NCBI GenBank assembly: GCA_013239625.1
Contig: MU054032.1
Coordinates: 310,001-374,000 of the forward strand
Source: Lama guanicoe
Taxonomy: Eukaryota
Length of the DNA: 64,000 nt
Direction: 5' to 3'
In this document: positions 12,617-24,100 of the stretch, piece by piece
Layout of the letters: the number at the start of each line of letters is the position of its first letter
Position numbering within the stretch: position 1 is the stretch's first letter
Translations under genes and position numbers: made by a program
Notes under the pieces: model-generated
The model's input: the letters and a program-made list of their open reading frames with translations, nothing else
Told to the model about the DNA's origin: nothing
The model's database searches: none

Positions 12617-14359
12617 CAATTCTCAGCCTTCTCTCCATTGCCCCTTCCATTTCTCAGGCACTTAGTTGTATTTGGACCTAGAGCTCATTTGACTCCTTTA
12701 TGCATGTTAATCCTTCTTTCTTAACTTTTTCCCACCTCCCCAGGCCCCAGCCATGTTCAGAGAAACTCTGCCAGCTCCTAGGAGTTTCCATTTAGTCCCT
12801 TTGATCCCTGGGCTTTCCCGTTGGCCTTATACTAGAGGATGCCAGGACTAAATAGCTTCAAAACAAGTCTAAGAAAGTCCTCCTGACACTAGGCTCCAGG
12901 ACACTGTGAACATTATTGTTCCCCACTCTTACCCCAATCACTAGGACTCCAAAATAGGTTACCCTTATGGCCACTCAATAATATCCCTTTGGTAGCCTCA
13001 CCCTGAGAATGCCTCCTGTCTCTTAGGGCACTGGAGTTCAGTCCTCTGGTCTGCTGGCTAGTCTCTGGTTAATAGATGATTAACCAGAGAGAGGAAACAA
13101 GGCCAGACTATTCTAGGGTTTGGAGGAAACCCTCTGTGAGATCCTAAATTGGGAGCAAATATTGATCAGTGGAGCTTTGAAGTCACTGAGGAGATAGCTG
13201 AGGTCAGTGCTCCTCTGGGACACTGCTTGGCTTCTCTTTATGAAGTTCTTTCCTGAAACCTACCGATCTGATCCCAAGCCAGAGGAGCATTGGTTCATAG
13301 GTTTAAAGCTGAGTATGAGAAAACTTGGGAAGGAAAAATGGTGTCCTTCTTTTTCCAAGTTCAAGCTATAAACTAGGTTCTTTATAAGGTCTATCTAAAC
13401 CTGGCTTAGATGGTACTGAGACCTCTGAACTTTATTACTGCTATGTGAGGAGATAAAAGGACTGTTCACTTGGGGCTTGGGTTTGTAGATAAGGTGTCCT
13501 GGTCCTTGGGTTAGTTCCCCTCTGTCCTTGGGTCAATGGCAATGTTAGGCTTAGGGAGGTAGAAAGGTCCTATGGTCTCATCTACCCAGAGGAATTAATG
13601 AAGAGTGATTTGCAAGATCACTTTAGTGCCATGGTTCATTTAATGGCCTCTAGGGAGCACAGGATAAGCGTGTATAGAAGATAGCCAAGTAAGTGGAAAG
13701 GTCCACAGGCCCTATGGGAGTGACGGGAGTGATGTGACAAGAAGGGAGGGTACCTAAATGCCTTATTTGGGATGAGGTGTTGGTCTGCAACTCCTTATCT
13801 TATGGCTAGATACGGGGTGGACTGGCTGTATGGGGTTATGTGACTGGAGTGACAGTGAGACTAATGCCCAGGACCCAGAGGCTCTGGCCTGTGCTGGAAG
13901 CCTTCATAATAAGAGGGCATTTGTAAGACTTGGATTTCCCGGCACTAGACACACCAACTGACAGCTGGATGGATATTCAAGCTACTGCCTTTGCTTTCCT
14001 TCTCTGCATATTGGGGTCTGTTGGTATCTATAATACCATGGCTCTGCTTACCTCAAATGATCTCCACCAAGTAGCCAACTCTGGCAACACAGCCTGTGTC
14101 CACATGATGTCACCTCTCTGGCCATTAAGTCATTGACCAAAGACATTGTTCAAAACTGCAGGCCAAGAAGGTAGGAGGAACGGGCAATGATCAGTTGCCG
14201 TGATAGTATATTAAGGGGTTGGCTTCCGAGAACCTTCAAAGGTCGAAGTCCTTGAGGCTTTTTTCTCTAATATCCACTTCAAATTAACCCCACGTGTGTT
14301 AAGGGCATGGGGAAAAGCCTAAGAAGGAAGTTAACTGAGTTCTCAGGCAAATACTTAAC

Positions 14360-15100
14360 CACCTACACGCTCCCCTCGGCCCATCCACCCTTAATTAGCC
14401 TCCCTCGGACGGTCCAATCCTCCCCGCCACAACAGCTGTCAACGGCTTAGGACCCGCCCCCCACGCATACTGGGCCAATGGCCGAGCCCGGGGCGAGTCC
14501 CCTGAGAGGGGGCGGGAGTGCGTTCCGGGCGGTAGGCGGGGCCTCGCTGAGGACCCCGGGCTGGGCGCCGCTGCCGGCTGGTCTACCCTTTCCCTCAGCC
14601 GCCTCCTTTCAACCTTGTCCCCCAGTCGGCGCGGCCTCTGGTGCGGCGGCGGCGGCGGCGGCTCCCGTTCCTGCCGCAGTTCTCTTTCCTCCGTCCCTCC
14701 CCACCAGATCCCCGAGTCCGCCCGCCATGGCTTTACTCACTGCGGCTGCCCGGCTCTTCGGAGCTAAGGTGAGCAACTAAGGGAGGGAGTGCGCCGTCCT
14801 AGGGTGGGGCTGAAGCGACTGCAGGCCCTCAAGCGCCGGGGTCTCCCTCCCCTACCCAGGCGCACCCCAGCGCGCCTTAAAGGGGCCCTGCGCTTGGCTG
14901 GCCGCCAGCCCTGCATGGACGCTCCCTGGGCCATGTGCTTCGCTGGCCTTCCGGCCCCAGCGAGTGAAGTGAGCGCTGCCCGCCCTGGCATGCGGTCTTG
15001 GGCGTGTGGCAAGGCTGGACCCTACTGTCACCCCACATGTCTAGAGTGGAAGAGGGGGCGATGCTTGGCGTTGGAAAGAGAAGCAGCCGCCAGTGGAGAA
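14360..15100 (+). promoter_or_regulatory. CS: CS CpG island promoter, 5' UTR and start of intron 1
   Basis: High CpG density, CCAAT boxes near 14413 and 14475, GC boxes, (GGC)n at about 14643-14662, Kozak GCCATGG at 14727. Confidence 0.85.
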
Positions 15101-18100
15101 CATAGGTGTTGTTTCATTGGAGTTAGGGAAAGAGCCTGTTTGGAAGAGGGCGCGGGGGTGAGAGAAGTGGCAGGGGTGAGCAGGTGTGCTCACTCTATCC
15201 CTGGACCAGAGAGCTAGAGCAGTGGCTAATTTCGGCTTCTGCTTTGTAGAGGGGGCCTTGTCATTTTCTGAACTGCCTGATTCCATTTTTCCAACCCAAT
15301 TGTTTAAGCCTTTAGTGACCAAGCCGTAGCAGTTCCTGCTAGAGGAGTGTGACTGGGGTCCTCTGTGTCCTTGGGACTCTTGTACTTTTTATATATAGGA
15401 GGAGCTTGGGTGGGGTGGAGCAGTTGTGTAAAACCTGCATGATTATCACATATGATTGGAGAAAGAACCAGAAAGGTTGTTCCCCCAAACTGCAGGACAA
15501 TAAATGAAGATACTGGGCAGGAGATAGTAATTCCAAAGTCACATGACCGGCCCTACTACTTGCTCACTCTGGTTTTACTGTTCCTCTTAAGTCTACTCTA
15601 CTCAGAATAGATTCCTCTTATTCTTTGGGGCCTTTTACTTGACTTTTGTTGCCGTTGGGATCATAGGAATATTGCTGCAGATAAATGGTGCTGTCAGTTT
15701 CATATGCCAAAATTGTCTCTGGGTAACTTAGCTTTTTAAAAGACAAACTGCTGTGCTGAAGGAGTCCCAGTCCTCTAATCCAAGCAAGGACAGTCCCACA
15801 AGTGACCTTGACTCCTTCAAGGAACTTACACTTTCTCTTCTGCAGACAGATTAAAGCTGCCAGCACCTGAAAGGAAGGAAAGGAAAATCTTAGAATGGTT
15901 TTGGCTTACTGTGTATTATCTTGCATGGTTGGCAGATAAGGTGAAGCCTGGGGTTCTTCCAGGCACCTGGCAGCAAGGTGGAGGCTGATCACTTGGGAGA
16001 TACTTGTCTTACTTGACTGTTGTTCTCCTGCTGCCAGGGAACAGGATAAGGAAGCCTCTTGGGAAATGAAGCAAGTTCTAGACAGTAGTTTGGCAGAATA
16101 GAGGATACTATAATTAGCTCATACCAGAGCTTCTAACCCTACAGTGGAGTTTGAAAAAACCTTTAGAATTTAGATTTGATTTTATTTTGTCTCTTAAGCC
16201 TCTGGGGAAACTCAGCTTTTGGGTTGACAGGGCTACCTAATTGGAGAATCATTATTATTTTGTTTACTTTCCTGTTAGAGATAGACCTGAGGATCCCCGA
16301 AACCTGTGTATTGGAAGCCATCAGAAGGCTTTTGACCCTTAAAGCTAACAAAGCCCCACAGACTCAGTGGAAATTTCCTGAGATCTAAGCAGTATAGCCA
16401 GGATACCAAGAAGCCTTTCAGTTTGTCAGCATTGCTAGCACCTGCCTGAGCTTTCCAGATCAGCCTGCGGCCTAATTGGTACTCTGTTTTACTTTTGCTG
16501 TTAAGCAAGGCTTTGGAAGGGAAAAATACCTGGAAAAACTGACCCCTGCCACTTTGATTCTCAAGGTCAGGTGTAGTTTCACTTTTCTGAGAAATTTTTT
16601 TTTAACCTTACTAGGAGACACAAATGCTAGTCATTGTTCTATTGCTCCATGCTACCGCCTGTCAGGTAATTTAATGAACACCTGAGTTGGAGAGCTCCCC
16701 TAATAAAGAGCTTTGAGATTATTTGACTTCTTGTTTACCTGAATGAATTCCTTCTATGCAGTGGCTTTAGTATTAGCTGTGAGTGCCTTAGCTTTGTGCT
16801 GTAGGTACTGTCTTTTCACAGGAGACCTGGATTGGGAATTGGAGAAGGGCCACCAATTAACTTATTGATTCTTAACACCAAAGTGGGTTAACCAACCCTA
16901 GTTCCATCCTGTACCATTGAATTGTTCCTCCAAGCTAGGATGTGTGATAACGTTGAGTAAATCAATCCAAAAGTGTTTCTAGATTATTTCTAGACTTTTT
17001 CAAGACACTTAAATTAATATCCATGATTCTTTTACAGCAGACTTGTACCACTCACAACATATCCTATATAAAACCTAATCTGAAATTGGGTTCATCAAAA
17101 CTGAGTCAGTTTTGTCTTGTGAAATGTTAGGCTTAAAGCCCAAAACTTTTAAAGGTAAGAACTCAAATCTCTTTGCTTTCACTTTGATTACCAGCCTACC
17201 CAAAGTAATGGCAATTCTTTGATGCTTACTAGATGGACCAAAGATGAAAAATGGAGAATAAAGTGTCATTGTCATGTGCTAGTGGTGGGATGATTGCTTT
17301 TGCACTTCCTAGTGGTCTTTAGTCTGGTAGCAGATGAATGCATGGGTGTGGGGAGGCATCGAAATGAGCAGTTGTGAAGGAGATAATCAGAAAACGGGAA
17401 GGCTGGCATTCCTAGTTCTTAGAATCCAAGTGGTCAGAAGGCAGGAAACCAGACTTGGTGGGTCTCCCTAAAGCCACAGAGTAATTCTTTCTGCCCTATT
17501 TTCAGTGCCTTATGTGATAGATTTGAGCAGGATTTGAGTGAAATTTAAAACAATAGTGAGGCAACTTTAGTAATAGATCTTAGGATCTGACGAACTTTCA
17601 CTTATTCCCTCAGCTGCCCAAGTTCCTGTATTTCTTTTAACGTGTTACCATTTTTAAAGGTCTATAAAGTCATAGTGGGTGTCATCACCTGAGGTGTTTG
17701 TTTTCATTGCACATTCATAAATCCTGTCTTCACATTCTGATTCAGCAAAGGTGGGATGGGATCTGAAAACTTGTATTTTTCAAGCACCTCAGTTGACTGA
17801 CAATGCTTGGTGATCCCCTTCTGTTGAACCAGTAAAACCACATGCAGTCCTTTTTGTTTGCAACTGTATTTAATGTATGTATGAAGCTTTGAATGTTGGG
17901 CTTTTTTTTTTTAAATCAATGATTACTTTAAAATGACTTCAAAAGTGATTATTTTAAGCAATAGTCCATTTTAGTCTATTTTCTCTAGGTTTGTCTTCCA
18001 AAGCGTTTTTTTCCCCAAAAAATGCCTCAGGAAAAGTTTTTTGTAAATCCCTGAAACAAAGCATCATAACAACTCCTAGTAGAAGTGAGAGAACAGTTTC

Positions 18101-21100
18101 TAGTTCCTGAAAAAGTAGTGTGGTGACAGATCATAAACACTTTATTCACTACTGTACATTTGGTGTGCACATAATAAGTAGGTGTTCAGCAACTATTTGT
18201 TAAAGAACAGTAAGAATTTCTCTGAACATCAACTGTTTGGTAAAGGACAGCAAAGAACAGTAAAGGAAAATAAGGACTCGATTCTTTTCTGAGGCTGAAT
18301 TTGTGTCCTTGGCTGTCTTCCTCACTGAATAATCAGTGAACCTTTTGGGAAGGGTCTGTTAGACAATGAGAGTTAGGTAGAATTATTAAGGAAACTCTTG
18401 TGAGTATTGTGAGTATGAAGGGGATCAGAGTATGAACTCTGAGGATTATTCTGCTCAGGCTATCAACTGGCCTGAACGAGCAGTGCAGGCTGACTTCCAG
18501 TATCACCATTGTGAAACACAGATGTTAAATGGCTTTAGTTCTCTGACCTGGTTCTGGGGAGAGAGGAACCTTTGTCCTATGCGTGTTCTTCTTTTTCCCT
18601 TAATGCAAGTTGTTTCTTCTGCGTTGGAAGGCTTTGTAGCACAAGATTTTTCCTACAGTTATTAGTGAATTATGTTTGTTTCATCAACTAAGCCAGTTCT
18701 GCTGGCTTGGCAGGCTCTGATTTTGTTTTATGAAGGAGGAGAAGGGCTCTATTAAAATCAGGAGCATCTCTCACAAGTTTTTTTTAATTAAATTTTTATT
18801 GGGTTATAGTTGATTTATAATATTAGTTTCAGGTGTACAGCATAGTGATTTAAAAATTTTGTAGACTATACTCCATTTTTTTTAGAAGTTTTTGGGGGGG
18901 AGTAAGGATTTATTTATTTATTAATTTAGTTAAATGGAGGTACTGGAGATTGAACCCAGGACCTCTTGCATGCTCTACTACTGAGCTATACCTCTCCTCA
19001 ATTATACTTCATTTATAAAGTTATTATAAAATATTGGCTATATTCCCTGTGCTGTACAGTATACCCTTGTAGCTTATTTATTTGATACGTGATGGTTTGT
19101 AATCGCTCAAGTTTTTGATGTCAGAGCTCCGGGATATGTGGCAGGACTTGTTCCTGAATATGCCTAGGATGGAGGATCAAGGAAAATTTGACTTTTCCCC
19201 TGTAGAGTATGGATCCTAGATGTGAACAAATGATGATAATAGGCTAAGAGGAGTAAGGGAGAAATAACCTTATCCAAATAGGATTCTATTGTTTCCAGAA
19301 TTTGGGGGAGAATGGAGTAGCTTTAATTGATTTTTGTTAAGTTATTTGGACAATACCCTGTCCCAGAAATAAGTATTATAAGGAAGTCTTTTTTTAACTT
19401 TTTTTTTTAATATAAGCAAGTTTTTAGCAGAATTTCCTGCATGTATTATTTGTCTTTATCCTCCTTTGGCCCTTTAAGATAGATGTTCCCTTAATTATAT
19501 TTTTCTATCCTAACATAGCACATGTGAGAGCTACAGCCCACTTCTATCAATAATAGCAAACTCACTAAAAGAGTTATTGCAAAGGGTGACAGCATATGAG
19601 GTTTGAGAAAGCCTTTTAGTGATTATGAATCCCCCACCCTGTAGAGAATCCTAGCTGTCAGAATTTCTGAGCCAGGCCCTTATCTTTGGAAGTAGCTCTA
19701 TCTCTTCCCCATGGAGGAGCCGACCTATTGAGTGGAGTGACTCCCTGATTCACCTGACAGCTGCTGTTCCAGTAGGATGACTCTACGTGTGGCATGCAAC
19801 CCAAAGCCAAAAGCCCAGTTGCCACACCTCCAGAATTAGGGGAGGAGCTGGGAGGTGAAAGTTCAAGGATGACTCAGAGGTTTGTAATCTGCCTGTTCCA
19901 TCTGAGTATAGCTTGAGTGCACTATACAAAGCCATTTAGCAGCTTTCATTGGCAACCAGGGGGTAGATGAAATGAGATGTGTAGGGTGTGACAGTCCTCT
20001 AACATCTCCCGTCTAGGATCACCTGCTGGTGGAGATTATGGTTGGTTAAATTTGTTTTCTCTCCCTGAGACTCCTCTCTTGGTCAGGGGGCCCTTAAGGA
20101 AATTGGGGCTTTATTTCCTGTTCTACAGCTAGAGGGAATTACCCATTCATCCCTTCGTCAAACTTGACTGCCTCTTTCCTGGGATCCAACTCCTCGAAAT
20201 AGTTGTGACACTTGAGTTGGTAGTAATAGGCCAACACATTTCCAAGAAACAAATGTTTATTGAACTCAGCTATGCAGCAGGCACTGTTCTAGATGCTTTC
20301 ATGCAAATGATTTCATATAGTCTACTTGTCTACCATGAAATTGGCTTTATTACCAATTTAGAGATATGAAAAGTGAAACTTAGAAGTTAGATCATATAGC
20401 CATGGTAGCACAGAAGGATAGTGTCACAACCTGAGTAGGACTTGACCCTTGATAACTCCACATCCCAGAGCCTTTATATTCTACCCTTCTGCTCGCTTAA
20501 CACTTTAGACCATGACTATGTCTCAAATTTTATTGTTCATAGGAATCACCTAATGAGTTTGTTAAACTGCAGATTTGTGTTCAGTAGGTCTGCGATGAGG
20601 CATTTCTGGCAAGCTCCCAAGTAATGCTAATCCTGCTGGCTAGGCAGCCATACTGTAAATAGAAGGCTTTTGACTACTTTTACATATGTCCTTATTTGAG
20701 TCTTAGAATCAAACTTGGAGCTAAGTAGCCTGAGCATTACTAAATGTGGAGAAAGAAAGGGAAACAGTATTCAGTTGTTTTGCTTTGGATGTCTCAGTTA
20801 CATAGGAATAAAGCTGGGACTAGAACCCAGATTTCCTTTCCTAATTCCAAGTCATGTGCTTGTCTTCTGCACTACTAGGTAAAGTTGCCCTAACTTGAAT
20901 TTTTCCTGTTCTAGCCTTTTGAGTGGTCATATCAATGAATTGCTGCCTTTAAAATCCTTCGTATTTCTTCAGTTTCTTCTAAGCTGCAGATTAAGCTAAA
21001 AATATGACTAAACCTGACATTGAAGGGTGCTAAAAAGTGGCCATTCTATTTGATTTTCTATATTTCTTGTATAATAAATACAGAGCACTTGCTATGTGCC

Positions 21101-24100
21101 AGACATGGTTTTGAGTGCTTTGTAAATATTGGCTTGATTAATTCTCATAGCAGTCCTTTGAGGTAGGTACTATTATTGTTCTCATTTTACAGATAAGAAA
21201 ACTAAAGCACAGAAAGGTTCAGTGGCTAGGGTCACACAGTAAGTGGCCAAGAAGTGTAGTAGAAACAGAATATACTAGCTTTATTCTATAAGCATAGAGC
21301 CAGCTTCTCCACAAACTAGCATTGCTTTGCAAATTGGAGATCTGGCTAAGAAGTGTTACTGTTGGAGATTAGGGACAGTTGAGATTAGCTTTCCTTAAGT
21401 TACTCCTGAGGCACCTCATTAAATGGCATAGCTGCTGTCTACCAAGGCAGTTAAGACTTTGCTGGTGGTAGAAGTGGGGTGATAGTTTAGTTCCAAGTTC
21501 TTCCTTAACCGTTGCCTTATAGTGTTTATATAAACAGATCTGAGAAATGGCTGTAACTAAGCAGCAGTTGTAACCCATTTGATGCCCTTAAATGATGCTG
21601 CATTCTTACAGCCTTGTTAGGTAACCTTCTACATCCTTTTCTTTCTGATTTCTCTTTTTTCCTTTTCCTTTTTTTATTTATTTATTTTTTTTACCTTAAG
21701 TGAAGTAAAAGGAGAGGGAAGCTTATTGATTCTAGCAGTTCTCTCAAGGGAAAAAACTGTATTTGTTTTATGTTTATATTGGTGGAAGAAAGACCTCCAG
21801 CCTGAGGAAATTTCTGTTTACATCTTAAGATCTGGCTCTCATTCTGTCTTTTGAGCTTTGGTAGATTTTTTTCCCATAAGATTTAACCTTAAACTATTCT
21901 TCTTACAATCTTTCCTCTTGCAAATGAAGCAGACAGCCATTATAGAAACCTAAAGATGGTTTAGAAGTGGACAAAATGATCATTATGAAGAGATTGCAAC
22001 TTTTTTCTCTTAGATGATATGTTCCCCTATAGCCTTTTTAAAAACAAAACCAAACCACAACCACCACCTTACTCACAGTTAAAAGGTCCTGCTGAAGGCT
22101 GATGTGGTCTCTGGGAGATGGGACCTCTATAATAGGGGATCTGTGGGAGCATGGAATGGCTTGAACATGGTTAGGCCTGTAGAACAATAGTTGAAACCTA
22201 TTCACAGGTTTTCCCTTGTTCATTTTTTGGTGACTAGTTAAAAAAAAAAAGAAAGTTATTTCTTGAGTGCTGGGTCCAGCCTCCGTTTGCCCCATGTAGG
22301 ATGAACAAGCTAAAGGGCTATTTGTGCTGCATACTTTCTGCCCAAATGGTCCTCGGTGAGCTAGAGGAGATTCTTTTTTTTTAATTGAAGTATAGTTGAT
22401 TTACAATGTTATGTTAGTTTTGGGTGTACAGCGTAGTGATTCAGTTATACATATGTATATTCTTTTTCATTGTAGGTTATTACAAGTTATTGAATATAGT
22501 TCATTGAGCTATCCAGTAGGACCTTGTTGTTTATTCTGTATATAGTAGTTTGTATCTGCAAGAGGAGATTCTTTAGGAAGTTAATGTAAGGAGTTGTGAG
22601 CAGCCCTGGTTAACAAGTTGAAGCTTTCCCCTCTTTGTTTTAGGGCCATATCAGTTTGCTCTATGCTGTCTGAATTTAGCTTTGGGTTGATTCTTTTTAA
22701 AATAACCTTTTCTCAAGGGCCTTTTCCCTTTTCAGTCCTCACTCCTGCCCTAGCAGAAAGAGGGGTATAAAATTCTAAAAAGCCTCAGGCCCTACTGAAC
22801 TCTCACCTTAGGCATGTAGTCTTTTGGAGTTTATACAGTATCACTGTTACTAATGATTTTCAGCACAATCAGACAGCAGTGCAGTGCAGTCAGTCGTCTG
22901 TATCTGCCGGTTCTGCATCCATAGGTTCAACCAGCTGTGGATCAAAATATTTTTTAAAAAATTCTGGAGAGTTCCAAAAAGCAAAACTTGAATTTGCCAC
23001 CTGCTGACAGCTATTTACATAGTATTTACAATTATATAACATTTACATTGTATTAGGTATTATAAGTAATCTGGAGGTGATTTAAAGTATATGGGAGGAT
23101 GTGCATTAGTTATATGCAGATACTACAACCTTTTATATAAGAGACTTGAGCTTCCTCCAATTTGGGTGTCTGTTGAGGGAGAGGTCCTGGAACCAATCCC
23201 CTCTTGGATACCGAGGGATGATTGTAGTTACTACAGAAGATGTCTCTGGCCTTTTGGCAAAAGGAGGAGAGGTGTAGCCTTGCTCCACCATTAGTTTGTG
23301 TGTGTGTGTGAAATCTTTTTAATTTGCAAGGTGCTTTCACATCCATTGTAATTTAATCATCACAAGACAGCCCTGTGAGATGTGTGGTGGGTGTGTCAGC
23401 ACCATTTTATAGATGAGGAAACTGGGGCTTACTTTGTCTCATTTTATCTTCAAAATTATCTTGTGCAAAAAGGCAATCTCCTTGCCTAAGCCCTTATGAT
23501 AAACTTGGTAGTAGTATAACTGGTTGTCTTTTTCAAAGGCAGTGTTGAACTTTCTCTTGCAACTCAGCAATCTTCACATAGAAAAACATAGGCTAGCTAC
23601 GCTATTTATATTTACAATTGTCAAGATATGGAAGCAGCCTAGGTGTCCAACAACTGATGAATGGATAAAGAAGATGTGGTATATGTGTGTGTGTGTGTGT
23701 TTTCATATACACACACAATAGAATACTACTCAGCCATAAAAAAGAAATTTTGCCATTTGCAACATGGATGGACTTGGAGGGTATTATGCTAAGTGAAATA
23801 AGTCAGAGAAAGACAAATACTGAATGATACCACTTATGTGTGGAATCTAAAAAATGAAACTAGTGAGCATAACAAAAAAGAAAAACACTCACAGATGTAG
23901 AGAACAAACTAGAGGTTACCAGTGGGGAGAGGGAAGGAAGGTGGGGCAAGATAGGGGTACGGGATTAAGAGGTACAAACTGCTGTGTGTACAGGGATATA
24001 TTGTACAGCATGAGGAATATAGCCAATATTTTATAGTAACTATAAATGGAATACAGCCTTTAAAAGATGTGAATCACTGTGTTGTATACCTGAAACTTAC

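Larger units (their letters stand above)
10700..14335 (+). pseudogene. Candidate decayed bornavirus-like element: N (about 10700-11650), M trace (about 12590-12700), G (about 12750-14190), start of L (to about 14325)
   Basis: By-eye collinear motifs vs recalled BoDV-1, e.g. WMDIQATAFAFL 13966-14001 vs WVHIGLPSFAFL; TVNIIVPHSYPNH 12903-12941 vs TENVISCEVSYLNH. Many stops; not computationally tested. Confidence 0.4.

Noticed and set aside
13780..13990. Retroviral env reading (LWLDTGWTGC, KRA)
   Set aside because: No LTRs, pol or immunosuppressive-domain motif recognised; kept only as the alternative to test against the G-like reading
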